Below, piece by piece: positions 50,261-63,946 of a stretch of DNA of 64,000 nt. Source of the DNA: Octopus sinensis (lineage: Eukaryota). Each line of letters opens with the position of its first letter. Position 1 is the first letter of the stretch. Under the pieces are notes generated by a model. The model saw nothing but the letters and a program-made list of their open reading frames with translations. It made no database searches and was not told the origin of the DNA. The stretch is from the NCBI RefSeq assembly GCF_006345805.1, contig NC_043005.1:43710001-43774000 (forward strand), given 5' to 3'. The translations under genes were made by a program, and so were the position numbers.

Positions 50261-50705
50261 CTAGTCTCTGCGTGTGCATGTATGTGTTATATGGGTTCTT
50301 GTGTGTGTGAGTTTGTGAGTGTGTGAGTGTGAGTTTGTGTGTGTGTGTGTGTGCATATGAGTTTGTGTGTGTGCACGTGTGTGTGTATCTGTATGTATGT
50401 GAGTTTGTGTGTATGTGAGTGTGTGTATGTGTATGTGCTTATGTGTATGTGTGTGTGTGTGTGCATGTGTGTGTGTGTGCATGTGTGTGTGCACATGTGT
50501 GTGTATGTGCACATGTGTGTGTATGTGCACATGTGTGTGCATGAGTATATGGGTGTGTATGTGAGTTTGTGTGTGTGAGAGAGTGTGTGTGTGAGAGAGT
50601 GTGTGTGTATGTGTGTGTGCTTATGTGTGTGTGTATGTGTGTGTGCATGTGTATGTGTGTGTTTATATATGTGCATGTGCGTGTGTATGTGTGTGTGTGT
50701 GTGTG
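50261..50705. repeat. ~445-bp degenerate (TG)n tract
   Basis: Directly visible; includes an 18-bp GCACATGTGTGTGTATGT sub-repeat. Confidence 0.95.
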
Positions 50706-51362
50706 TTCAAATGCCATTAAAGTAAACTTTTACATCCAATCATTTCGAATGCAGTTAAATAGAAACAACATACTGATCCCAGTGCAAATGATTATCTCTT
50801 CTCTCCAAACAAAAAGGGGGCTTTATGCCTAGTGAAAAAAATTCATTATATCTTCTTTCTCATTTTTTCATTATTACTATATTATACTATTAATTTTATT
50901 TTTGTTTTAGGTTTCATATAATCACCTCTTTGAACTGCTAAAAATATAAATAAATAATTGAACAATAATTTGCATACAGCTTTTCTTCAAACCACTCTGT
51001 ATGTAAATTATAATTACTTGATTAATCGATTTATTTTTTAAATCTATTTTTTAATTTCATTTTTGTTTCAGCAAACTAGTAGTCAGTAGTCTCCTTTGGT
51101 AAGTAGTTTTTATATCTTTTAGAGTTCATTGGAGCCTATTCCATTCAGTATTGATAATGATAACACTAGACATGAATATAAGCTTTTCAGAATAGTTACA
51201 CACTTTAGCACCAACCAAAATTGGCTCAACTTAAATTCTAGAAATCGTAAGTTAACTAGAGATTCCAATCATTTGTAAATGTGGGTCAACAACAGAGTCT
51301 CTATGCAATCACTTGAATTGCTAGAGATAGCAGCAATTCATTTCTCAACTAACACTCTAAAA

Positions 51363-51561
51363 CAGTGGTTCTCAACATTTTTAATATCCAGGACAGTTCT
51401 AAAGCCAGGATCTGTTTTAGGGGTCCCGTGCCATAAAAAGTAAAGCACAAATCAATTAAAAGATAAATTTATTGTATCTATAAAGAGAAGACCATTGGAG
51501 GCTGTCAGAAAAATGCATGAAGGATACATGCAGCCCCGAGAGCCCTGATTCACAACTGCTG
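51363..51561. mobile_element. hAT (Charlie-like) MITE
   Basis: Starts CAGTGGTTCTCAAC and ends CACAACTGCTG; 8-bp TSD CTCTAAAA (51355-62) / CTCTAAGA (51562-69). Confidence 0.75.
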
Positions 51562-51709
51562 CTCTAAGAAAGGACTTGTTTTAGACAATCTATTCTTGAA
51601 ATCAGGCTGAAGTGTTTTTTTTATTTAAGTAAAACATCTAATCAATCAGAACTGACTTGGGTTAAACAGTGACAATAGCAACAACAATTTATACCTAAAT
51701 CAGATATGT

Positions 51710-51860
51710 GACCATGATTATTATAATTGTTATTGTTGTTGTTGTTGTAGTTGTTGTTGTTGTTATTTTTATTATCATCATTATTATGTGACCATCATCA
51801 TTATTATAATTATTAATGTTGTTGTTGTTGTTATTATTATTATCATTATTATTATGTGAC

Positions 51861-51935
<75 letters not shown>

Positions 51936-51951
51936 CCATTATTATTATTAC

Positions 51952-51986
<35 letters not shown>

Positions 51987-52015
51987 TATTATTATTATTA
52001 TTATTATTATTTATA
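51710..52015. repeat. (ATT)n/(GTT)n compound microsatellite
   Basis: Directly visible. Confidence 0.95.
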
Positions 52016-52099
52016 CAAGTTTCTAACTTTTCATTCATAAGATTTTAAATTTATTTTTTTCCATAGAAAATATCTCATCTTCATTGTCTCATGTTCTAA

Positions 52100-52430
52100 G
52101 AGCTGGCAGGTGCCACATAAAAAGCATTGGTATGGGTGCTGATGCCCTATACAAAAAAAGCTCTGGTGCCACCTAAAATAGCACCCAGCACAGTCTGTAA
52201 AGTGGCTGGCATTAGGAAGGGAATCCAGCTGTAGAAACCAAGCCAAAACAGTCTATGGAACCTGGTGCACCCCTCAGCTTTGCCAGCTCCTGTCAAGCCA
52301 TTCAACCCATGCCAGAATGAAGAATGGACGTTAAAGGATTATGATGGCAACGACAACGATGACAACAATGCCGACGACGATGATGATGATGACAACGATG
52401 ACGATGACGATGATGATGATGATGATGGAT
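52100..52430 (+). mobile_element. Family E retroelement 3' end with (GAT/GAC)n tail
   Basis: GGTGCCACATAAAAAGCA...AGGAAGGGAATCCAGCTGTAGAAACC...GGACGTTAAAG-GATTATGATG. Confidence 0.8.
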
Positions 52431-53057
52431 GGACAAAATGCTTAACAACATTTCTGTCAGCTATTTATGTTCTGAGCTTAAATGCTGCCAAAGTTGACTC
52501 TACCTTCCATCTTTTTGGGGTTGATAAAATCAGTACCAGTTGGGCACTGGGGTAAATGTAATTGACTTTCCCCCCCTTTTCCTTCAAAATTACTGACCTT
52601 GCACCAAGATTAGAAAGAATTATTTCAATGACACAGCAACTGTATACAAAATTTCTATCCATGTCCAAACACACTAATCAAATTCAAACCATGCAACTAA
52701 TAAAGTAGATATTCCAAGACATTCCCCAATCTCATTTAAATATTAAATATTTGTCTCACATACCACAGAATACATGCGCTTTTTCTTTCGGCTTTCTACA
52801 GTTCAAATCCACACCAACGTCAATTTTGCTATTCATCTTTCCAGGGTTGATAGAATACCAGTCAAATATTGGGGTTGATAGAATACCAGTCTAATATTGG
52901 GGTTGATACAATTGACTGTCTCCACTACTCCCAATTTTTCTTGCCTCACTTCTTATATAAGAATTTAATAAGATTATTATTTTCAAAGTATTAACTTCAT
53001 CTTTAAAGAGTTTAAACATTTTTATTAATATTTACAGCAGTACAATACTTTGATTAT

Positions 53058-53290
53058 GTGAAGGCACATGACTCAGTGGTTAGAGCATCGGGCTCGCAAT
53101 CATGAGGTAGTGAGTTCAATTCCCAAACCAGGCTCTATTGTATTTTTGAACAAAACACATTATTTCATGTTGCTCCAGTTCACTCAGCTGTAGAAACGAG
53201 TTGCAACATCACTGGTGCCAAGCTGTACCGTTGTTTAGAGGGGAACTTTCGTGGTACAATCCTATGGTCATTCTTGACCGAAGGAGGTCT
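53058..53290 (+). mobile_element. tRNA-derived SINE (family D-type head)
   Basis: TGAAGGCACATGACTCAGTGGTTAGAGCATCGG...GAGTTCAATTCCC; homologous to 26487-26838. Confidence 0.75.
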
Positions 53291-53612
53291 TTACACTATA
53301 CTTTGATTAGTGATGTGTCCTATAGTATCGGGTGTCCTATTTTTTGATATCCTTATAACAAGGGACAGAATTCAAATCAGAAGCCTTTTATTTCAAAATT
53401 AAAGATTAAAATAATGATATATTGGTAGCCCAGTGGATAAGAGTAATTTCTGAAGGGTTGAACCTCTTTAACATTTAAACTGGTTGTATCCAACCAAAAT
53501 TTTCTACCTGTTTTATGTTCAAACCGGCCAGATCTGGCCTCTCACACCTTTCCTACAATGTCATTATAAAAATAAACAATCACATCATCGAAATCCTGAG
53601 GCTCTTAGATAA

Positions 53613-53979
53613 TCTCTATATATAAAGTTGAAGTTGTCTGTGTATGGCAGGTTTGGTAGCCTTCAACTAACACTATCTCCTCCGAGACCCTGCGAGTATG
53701 ATAGAAGAAGGCTTGCTCTTCCTTCCGTAGAAGAAAAAATTTAAATCGGACCATGTTAACACCAAAAATTATTTACATCAAAAAGGTGCTTTTTTTCTAT
53801 GAAAATCCCTGTTTTTTACGATTTTTTGACTGCCATGTCGCCATTTTTTGGTGTATTTCAACCAAAAAAAGTTCACTTAAAGAGAATAACAAGCTACATA
53901 ATGCAAAATTTTTACTTTTCAAAAATTCCAGTTCTAAAGGGTCGAAACAAACCTGAGCAACGCCGGGCGATAGTGCTAG
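53613..53979 (+). mobile_element. Non-autonomous Helitron
   Basis: 5' TC(TCTATATATAAAG), subterminal GC hairpin CCTGAGCAACGCCGGG, 3' CTAG; inserted between A53612 and T53980 with no TSD. Confidence 0.85.
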
Positions 53980-56900
53980 TACATGAGTAATTGAAAACAA
54001 TATGAATAGATAAGCATTGCGTCTGATAGAGTATTCTGAATGTCAAAGAGTTAAAAGCTATGAAATTTTATAAAAAGTCGTAAACAGTGGGAAGGAAATG
54101 AACTGTCTTCAAGATACATCAAATGCTATTCTGAAATATCTTCAACATGAAATTGAAACACTGTTGCAATCTCTTCGTGTTTGAAATTTACTTCTTATTC
54201 TACATTCCTTACCCCGAATCATTTAAATTAAGTTTATGGTCAATGCCATATTTTGTCATTACAATCCCTGTTAGAGTTGCATTAATCTTAAACAGCTGAA
54301 CTTTAAATGTCATGTTCGCTAATGAATTCATAGTTTCACTCTTAATTTAACCTTTCATTTATATACTGCAGGTTTTCACTATGACATATTTTTCAGTCTT
54401 AGCCCATATCATATAGACTATACCATCTTCAGCAGATCATCCATTTCATTGTATGTGGTGGGGTAGAAGGAGTTCTTCTTTTCATTTACTTGTATCAGTC
54501 ATTAAACTGCAGTCATGCTGGGGCACCACCTCAAAGAGTTTTTGTCAAACAAATCAACTCCAGTACTAAATTTTTAAAACCTGGTACATATTCTATCAGT
54601 CTTATTGGCTGAACCGCCAAGTTACGGGGGCATAAACATACCAACACTGGTTGTCAAGCAGTGGAGAGTGACAAACGCCGATACAAAAACACACACACAC
54701 ACATGATGGGCTTCTTTCAGTTTCTGTCTACAAAATCCATTCACAAGACTTTGGTCAGCCTGAGACTATAATAGAAGACACTTGCTCAAGGTGACATGCA
54801 CTGGGACCTATTTTTCAAAAATATTGACTAATATAATGCATAATTCTTATGGTTTTATCTCAGCATTCTGTAGAGTATTAGTAATATGCAAGCATGGGTT
54901 GCAAATTGAGATGCCATTGTGAGTACTATATTGCTGGTTATTAAGATACATGAACATCTATAAACATTTACTACTTACGCTTACGTCCATAACTTTAGAA
55001 ACGCTAAGTGACAATAGTTTTAACATTATTCTTTACTTTACATTTTCACTTTGAAAAATATTCCAGTACATGTCTGTGAAACCTGAAAAATCTCTTATAG
55101 ACCATTTAATGACTCTTACAGCTGCAAAGAGAAAACCAAGAACATTTGCTGCCTTCACATTAGAAACCCTACATTAAATGAATGCTTTTGTTTTTAATAT
55201 CTTCTTCTTGCCAAATTGTCTTCCACCCACATGATATAGAATGAAATTAGTGATATCACACAGTATATATCATATAATCAACATTTCCCATACAGTTAAA
55301 TGGCTTTTATTCCATAATCTATTCTATATTTATTTCGAAAATCAAATAATAGTTTTCTTGTGATCTACAGTAAAATAATATAACTTATCTCTTTCAATTC
55401 TAGTGAAGAAGTCTTCATTAAGAAAACATTTCCAAATTAGGGCAATTTTTCTAGAAAAACTCCAATATCTTCTACACATGGCAATTGACTTTTGCAGATT
55501 TTTCTTTAAAATTATCTTTTAGTGGGGGTAATTCTCTTGTTTCATTGTTTCTTTGGCTTATAAGAAGAAATAAAATGACTGCTGTGTTATGGGGCCTAAT
55601 TGATACACATGCCAGTAACAGGATCAAGATCAAAGTAGATAATAAGAATTGATGGTATCAATCCATCTTGAAGTCAATAGGGTGTCCTTAACAAGCAGAG
55701 TAAAAACATTTAAGCAGCCAACTTCCTTCCTGCCATCATCTTCCTAACAAAATGAATAAAACTGATAATAAGATGATTTTGTAGAATAATTCCCCTGTTC
55801 CTCAATTCGTATCTAATTTCTTTGCTTGATTTTGAAATCTTTCATGTCAATTTTTCTGAAGTATATATTACCATTTAGGTATTTTCTTCTGAATATATAT
55901 AAAACAACGATGATCAGTTTAAACTGTAAGGTAGGTTAGGTATGTTACATACCATTCTTTACTGCTTGCACTAAACAATTCATATTGTCTGAATATAACT
56001 ATTATTCATGCTCATAGTACTTGTAAGAATTGTTAATGCAGTAGATAATTTATTGAAGTTTTATATATAATTTTATTTTATTTTATTTTAAGTAAATCAC
56101 TTAAAAAAAAAACAAAGAGCTAATTAAATCTAATATTGATATAGTTAATCAGAGAAAATTTGCTATCATTTAGTCAAAATATGTTGGTAGCTTTTAAATT
56201 TCTTTATATTTTAATATATATTTTGCCACCATATTTTCTTAAAATTTATCCTCTTTTTCTTCTTTTTAAATTGATTTTCATTTTTATCTTTCTTCAAATC
56301 AACTTAAAAGTGTCCACACAGTGCTTTTATTTCAACTTTTAGGCATTAATCCTATTTTCTTTCTATAAGTTTTTCATTCTTTTAATGAAACAGAAATTTA
56401 ATAAAAAGTTCCAAAATTCCTCAAACTACAAATTTACTTCACTTAGTATCAATATATGGTTATTATATACAAATAAAATATTACAGAAGGTCCAGGATAA
56501 CTTCAAATGACTTTGGTCATTTAAGACATTTTTATAGTAATTGGAATGTTCGTCAAATCATTGTGAGAAATTAGCTTTGTAATTTAATATTATAAGTTTA
56601 AGATTTTGGCTGTCAAAAACCAAATAAAGCAATATCTTAGCAGCTTAAAATTGAATTCCTAATCATCATTTTAGTCACATCTAAGAATGGTTATTAATTT
56701 TTATTTATTTTTGTTTTTAGATAACTTTTTTGTGGAAACATTTATTAATGACAATAAAGTATATATTGAATGGAAGTTTACTTAATTCATTTATAGGCCT
56801 TAGTCAGTACGAGAGTTTTAGTTTTGATGTTTTTCACACTAATTTTCTCTTTTGATATCTAAGAGTTTGATCAAGATAATTTTTATGAATTCAAATCTTC

Positions 56901-58357
56901 AAAGAAGAAACTTTTTAAATGGATACTTCACTTTTATTGTATAGTTACACTTTGCCAAACACCTTTATTTCTGTGTGATTTTTGAAATATAGTAGACTTC
57001 TTCATTTAACTACCTTTCCCACTTCTCACACAGGATAAAAATAAAGATAATAAACTTTATTAGTGGACAGTTATTCTTTGTTAGAAATAACATCTTGGAA
57101 TAACATGGTATGTGAATAAAATGAACTAGTGATTTAGACTGAATTGAGATGAGCTATGCAAAGCGTTAATTGCTTAAAGTATTCAAAGATGTAACTAATG
57201 ACCAATCATAATAAATGTAATTGATGTAAACTGAATAAAATTGAAGTGTTATGTACTCTGAGGCTCATCAGCATTGAAATGAACCAGAGATTTTGACTGA
57301 ACCAGAAAGTTGCGAGTTTAGAGAATTATAGTTTACAAAATAATTGACAAGGATAGAGAGCGTCTGTAAGAGACACAATTGTACTCTTATCCAGCTTATG
57401 GCAGTAAGTAAATCTGATAATTATGATAATGATGATAAACTATATTTTTCCATAAGGAGCATGACATTTAATAATAGACATTCACTCTTACTGTTTAGTT
57501 TTGCCAATTGATAGGAAAGTTTAATGTTTGCAAACTAGTTATTTATATAGAGTCAGTGTCAAATACTAAATAAAACTGATAAATGAGAAAAGAATGGTTT
57601 ATAACTGAATACTGAATAATAATATTTGAAATTGGTGCCTTAGTTGATAACTTAGAAGAATGCTTTACGAAAATCCATAACTACTAAATGTGACTGAAAT
57701 CTATTGCTTTAAGTTTATTATTTGTGTATTTGAGAAATTTAATTAGACTTTAATAGTTCATTTTGTGTATTAGAACTATTAGTAGGTTAGGAATAATCAC
57801 AGAAAGTTCCAAAAACATGTGATAAATCTTTTGAGAAACATAATTAATAAAGCTATAACTCACCTTTGACAAGAGGTCCTAAAGTGTTAGCAAGAAGACA
57901 AAGAGATGCTAATGTGTTCTAATGTTGTGACTTACTGGCTCTCTTGTCTCTTAGCAATGAAACATCAGTTAATATATCACCAAAGTTGAACAAGGTGTGT
58001 CATTTTAGTGTTGAAGTTAATGATAGTGAATCAAATTTTGCATGTAATTAGTTGATGTATTTAGACCTTGTTGGTCTCAGTCTCAGCTGAAATTCTTGAG
58101 AAGGCATTAGACACAGCCCTTTTTCTAAATAAAATACAAAATAAAAATGTTAAAAGTATGAAAGCATCTAGCTAGGTTGAGACAAGAGAAGAAAACTTTG
58201 GGGAAAAAGAAGTAAGATTAAGAGTGGTAGAAAACAGATATTTTAGTAGTGATACAGAAATAAAAGTTCTGTTACACTTGTATGATATGTGTAAATTTCA
58301 TTTCAGAGTTGGGAAAAAAGAAAAAGAAAAAGAAAATCTCTTCATAATTTTAAGTAT

Positions 58358-58870
58358 TGTGCTGCTTGCGAAGACCTGTTGAGGCAGGTGAAATCGAAAT
58401 TGAAATCAAATTCGATGACTGGCATCTGTGCAAGTGGAGCACTAAGAGCACCATCCGAGTATGATTGTTGCCAGAGCGGATAAGTGGCTTCCATGCTGGT
58501 GGCACATAAAAAGCACCATTCGAGCATGATCATTACCAGCATCACCTTACTGGCCCGTGAAAAAACATTCAAGCAAGGTCGTTGCCAGTGCCACTGGACT
58601 GGCTCGTGTGCAGGTGGAACATAAAAAAACACCATTTGAGCGTGGCTGTTGCCAGTACTGCCTGACTGGCCCTCGTGCCGGTGGCATGTAAAAGCACCCA
58701 CTACACTCTCAGAGTGGTTGATGTTAGGAAGGGCATCCAGCTGTAGAAACTCTGCCGTATCTGATTGGAGCCTGGTACAGCCATCTGGTTCACCAGTCCT
58801 CGGTCAAATTGCCCAACCCAGGCTAGCATGGAAAGCAGACGTTAAACGATGATAATAATGATGGTGATGA
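58358..58870 (+). mobile_element. Longest family E copy (~510 bp) with internal ~60-bp tandem subrepeats and (GAT)n tail
   Basis: Three related GGTGG(C/A)ACATAAAAA..GCACC modules precede ...GGAAGGGCATCCAGCTGTAGAAAC...GCATGGAAAGCAGACGTTAAACGATGAT. Confidence 0.8.
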
Positions 58871-59171
58871 TGTTTGATAAGAAGACTAGAGAAATGTTAG
58901 CCTTAATTGATAGTCTGATGTAATATGACCAGTTGTGATTTAATGAGAATAATATCACAAAACTTTTGACTAATGAAATCACTTTATTCATATTATTCAA
59001 ATTACCTTAGTCATACAATTCTGATACCCAAATAATATTCCTTCATTTTTCATACAAAATTAATAATTTTGAGAAAGTTGTGAATGTTTCAGATTTTCAA
59101 TTTAAGCATTCTTTAAAAAGGAAAAATGTTACTTCAAGCCTTTGAGATGGAAGAACATTTTCCTGAGAAAG

Positions 59172-59172
59172 A

Positions 59173-59210
<38 letters not shown>

Positions 59211-59241
59211 TATTATTATTATTATTATGATAATAATAATA

Positions 59242-59272
<31 letters not shown>

Positions 59273-59289
59273 TAATGATAATAATAATA

Positions 59290-59320
<31 letters not shown>

Positions 59321-59323
59321 TAA

Positions 59324-59354
<31 letters not shown>

Positions 59355-59400
59355 AATAGTAATTATGATGATGATGATGATGATGATGATGATAATAATA
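59172..59400. repeat. (ATT)-(AAT/GAT)-(AAG)-(GAT) compound trinucleotide microsatellite
   Basis: Directly visible. Confidence 0.95.
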
Positions 59401-60353
59401 ATCCAGTCTGATTTCCAAAATAGAATTGCTTTCATACATCATCATCATTACTATCATTATCATCATCATCGTCATCATCATCATCATCATCACTCAACAT
59501 TCGTTTTCCATGCTGGCATTGGTTGGACGGTTTGACAGAAGCTGACCAACTGAAGGGCTGTTCAGGTTCCATGTCTATTTTAGCATGGTTTCTACAGCTG
59601 GATGCCCTTCCAAACACAAACCACTTAACAGAATATACCGAGTGCTTTTACACAGTACTGGCATGGGTACATTTATGTGACCCCAGCATGGGTGCTTTTT
59701 AAGTGGCACCAGCATTCACAAGGCCACAAGATTAGGAATGTTCAGCTGGAGAGGGATGCTGGGGGCAAGCCTATATGCAAAAACAACCACGTTTTTACTT
59801 AGCTTGACATGTTTTCTCAAGCACAGCAAACCATCAGGAGTTCCAGTCCTTTGTCACCCTCTCTGTGAGTCCCAGCATTTGCAGATCCTTTCCCACCACT
59901 TTGTCCCACATCTTCCACATGTTCCCTAAACAATTAGTGATTGGCACCTCTTGATGTAACTTTCTTCATTCATATGCATTATGGAAAATAATCCATGCCT
60001 ATTAAAACATCGCTACTCCTTCAACTAGAATACTAGAAACATTAAATCTATAGATGCAGGTATGAGTGTAAAGGTGACAAATACACTTAACAACCATGTG
60101 GATCTGAGTTCAATCCCACTGTACAGCACTTTGAGCAAGTGTCTCCTATGTGTGCATATATATGGTTATATTATTGCTTTGAACATGAATAATCATTATC
60201 ATATTAATTGAGCTCTCTACTAAAAATGTGTTACACAAAGAACTACTTTCATTGTATTTGGGAGATATGTTATTTTAAGTGTGTGTGTATGTGTTTGTTA
60301 TAATAATGATGATGATAACAACAACAACAACAATAACAATAATAATAATAATG

Positions 60354-60399
<46 letters not shown>

Positions 60400-60402
<3 letters not shown>

Positions 60403-60630
60403 AATCCCTTAAAGTTTGAATTAGGAAGAATTTGGAGCATGTGAACATTAATGGTTGTACCTATAATAATTGTTGCAAGTAAGCCAAGATATAAACCAAG
60501 ATATAAACAAGTAAGCCAAGATATAAACAAATGGCTGAAGGAGATTGAAATAGAATGCCAGACAGAGTTCCTACAGAATATTTGTCTCTTAGGGACAGCA
60601 AGGATTATCAGGAAGGTTCTAAGTACTTGA
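60400..60630 (+). mobile_element. R4/Dong-like RLE C-terminal fragment
   Basis: YNPLKFELGRIWSM*TLMVVPIII...INKWLKEIEIECQTEFLQNICLLGTARIIRKVLST*; a shorter piece of the same end lies at ~60985-61080. Confidence 0.8.
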
Positions 60631-61224
60631 AAGACTTACCTGTTATCCGCATAATTCCTATCAGGAATAAGACTGAACCTGAGCCAAACCAAACTAATAA
60701 TAATATATAAAAGCATCCAACCCACACTGTAATGCGGTTGGCATTTGGAAAGACGTTCTACGGTAAAAATCATGCTGAAACTAACCTCGCCTGTGCATAA
60801 AAATCACTGAGTCCACTTCACAGAGTGGTTGGAGTTAGAAAGGGCATTCAGCCATAAAATTTCTGCCGAAACAGACACAGTAGCTTAGGGTAGTTTTTCT
60901 ACCTTTCAAGCTCCTGTCAACCATCCTACCCATGCATGGAAGATGGATGTTAAACGATGATGATGATAATAATGATAGACAAGTGATTGATGGAGATTGG
61001 AATAAAATGTCTTGTAGAGCTTCTACAGAAAGTTTGCCTCAAAAGGACAGCAAAAAATTATCAGGATCGTTTTAAACCCTTGAAAGATTATTGATAGCTT
61101 GTGGATACCAAAGGTTACATTTAGTAACCCACTACCCACATAAATTCTTATCAGGAATAAAAACAAACCTTGAATCAAATCAATCAGCAATAATGATGAA
61201 GATGATGAGGATAATAATAATAAC

Positions 61225-61645
61225 ATCGTTTCATCTTAGTATAAAAGATGGGCTATAACAAATATTCTGCTCAATACCACAGATTTGCTTGTCAGTTGTT
61301 TGATCTTAACCAGTTGAGCATGTCCTTAAGTGGCTGACAATATGTGCATCTCTAATCATGTGCAGAAGTAGTGGGCAAGCATGATAGCCATGTGCTGTGA
61401 GGAATTCTTAGAGATTTGAATAATTCACCCCTGGAAATATGGGTGTTTCATTCAACACCCTTAAATAACCCTTATTCAGTTATTCAAAGACTTTTTTGAG
61501 CAGGATGGGCTACTTGACCTGAAGAAAATTCTAACTCAGCCCCACCTGCTAGGCCATGTACTTTTTATCTTGATATGAGATCACCATGTTGCACACATAT
61601 GGTTGTGATGCTTGTGTCTGGTGTACCTTTATTAGACAGGCAGTC
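61225..61645 (-). mobile_element. Family F retroelement 3' region (second copy)
   Basis: Collinear with 41430-41835. Confidence 0.75.
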
Positions 61646-62787
61646 AGGATGGATATGTAGGGCTTTGTATATTTTACCCCCAGTGTCACTTTGATGGTAT
61701 GCACTGCTCTCTTACTCAATAATAATAATCCTTTCTACTGTACAAGGCCTGGATTTTGTGGGGAGGGGGACAGTCGATCACATTGATCCCAGTGTTCAAC
61801 TGGTACTTGATTCATCAACCTCGAAAGGATGAAAGGTAAAGTTAGCCTTGGCAGAATTTGAATTCAGAGTGTAAAGACAAACAAAATGCTGCAAAGCATT
61901 TTGCCCAGCATGCTCATGATTTTGCCAGCTCATCACCTTAATAATAATGATAATGTGTATGTAATGTGTTTGTGTTAATAATAACAATCTGATTCAATTA
62001 GTTTTAATATGTTAAAAACGTTAAACCAAGTATTTATGAGAACCTTGTATAAACCTGACACAACTTGAGATTATGCACACCTTGGAAGGCCATGACAAAA
62101 ACTTCCTTATTTAAAAATGATAACATCTAATTCAATGGAAAATCAATATTTCAGAAATAAAATCAATTTTAAATATATACATTAGGAAAAAAAAAATTCC
62201 TGAAATTCTCTTAGAACAAATAAGCATTTCAATGACGACAACGACAATGATGATGATGATGATGTTGATTATGATGACGACAATGATGATGATGATGATG
62301 ATGATGATGATGTCGACGATGATGTTGATGATGATGATTATGATGATTATGATGATAATACAGCTCTTTAATCAGATAAACAGATTAGAAAATCTCTTGT
62401 TAAGCCTTAGGGTTTTACCATGTTAATGGAGTATCTGCTGCAAAAGGGAAGATGCAGATCAATGCTGTCATGCTTATAGTTTGAAAGGATAAGCAAGTAA
62501 TCCCAGAAAAGATACAATACAATAACATATTAAACCCATACTTTGGCTTAGTTCATCTAAAGCTTAGTCTGAAGAATTCAACTTGCACTATATAAATTTA
62601 GCTTTTGCTGAAAACACAAATATTACTTTCAATTCTTGCAGTAAAGATGTAAGTCAATGTTAATCTGAAGATTATCAGGAAAGCAACTTCTTACCAAACT
62701 GGCTGTTAAGAAATTATAATTGCATTCTTAGGGACCATTCAGGAGATAGAATCACAAATGTAAAAGCTGGAAATATAAACGTTTTAC

Positions 62788-62824
<37 letters not shown>

Positions 62825-62836
62825 TATATATACACA

Positions 62837-62894
<58 letters not shown>

Positions 62895-62932
62895 TATATC
62901 ATTACTTCTATAGATATGTTTGTATGTATGTA

Positions 62933-63022
<90 letters not shown>

Positions 63023-63244
63023 CAGATATGTATTTATATATATATTTTTATATATGTATGTATGTGTATGTGTTTATTTTTTATTCAAACTGCAAAATTA
63101 TCAAACAACTAATACTCCGAGTTTCATGCTTCCTTTCATCAGACAGTTGTAATAAATACATATCTTTGGTATTCAAGTACTATTTATTCAACCCTGTTTT
63201 TGCACCTATGTAGTCACCTGTATATATATAAACAAAGCTAGTTG

Positions 63245-63370
63245 CACATGGCTCCGGGTTCAGTCCCAGTACATGGCATCTTGGCGAAGTGTCTTCTACT
63301 ATAGCCTCAGGCTGACCGAAGCCTTGTGAGTGGATTTGGTCAATGGAAACTGAAAGAAGCCTGTCGTATG

Positions 63371-63404
<34 letters not shown>

Positions 63405-63580
63405 AACCCCCAACGTTGCTTGACAACTGTTGTTGTTGTGTTTACGTGCCTGTAACTTAGTGGTTCAGCAAAAGAGACTGATAGAATAAATACTAGGCTT
63501 ACAAAGAATAAGTTCTGGGATCGATTTGCTCGACTAAAAGGCGGTGCTCAAGCATGGCCACAGTCAAATGACTGAAACAA
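63245..63580 (+). mobile_element. SINE family A (5'-truncated)
   Basis: Collinear with the other family A copies; central (TG)n. Confidence 0.85.
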
Positions 63581-63883
63581 ATGATATATATATATGTGTG
63601 TGTGTGTGTGTATAAACAGCTTAGAAGATTAAGTAAATGTCCTTAGAAGACAGAAAAAGTGGCCAGCAAGCTGTTCCAGACCATCAAAGCTTGTACTTTT
63701 GAAATTTCAGCTGAGATATTTACCCAATCTTCTAAGCTGTTTTTACAGCTATTCTGCATATGAAATTTACTTTATTTTCATTCACTCAGTGCTTCTAAGT
63801 TTGTTTATAAAAAGAAACAAAACCGTTCTCACATTCTAAAAGCTATTATTTAACCTTATAAAAAGATGATATTAGTCGTCAGC

Positions 63884-63946
63884 GGTTGCTTAGCTTAGTG
63901 GTACAGAGCATTAAGGTGGAAATTGGGAGGTGCAGGGCTTGAGCCC
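63884..63946 (+). pseudogene. Degenerate tRNA-like sequence or SINE head
   Basis: A-box TAGCTTAGTGG and decayed B-box GGCTTGAGCCC; no convincing anticodon or acceptor stems. Confidence 0.3.

Noticed and set aside
52844-52908. 28-bp unit repeated ~2.3 times, and similar short duplications at 60478-60530 and 13812-13845
   Set aside because: Ordinary local slippage inside decayed repeats.
57395-62648. Plus-strand 9-nt (57395-57403) and 7-nt (62642-62648) microexon-like signals
   Set aside because: Isolated signals of the kind expected by chance for GTAAGT in AT-rich DNA, with no supporting flanking exons.
63884-63946. Functional tRNA gene
   Set aside because: The B-box is decayed and there is no cloverleaf pairing or Pol III terminator; kept only as a low-confidence relic.
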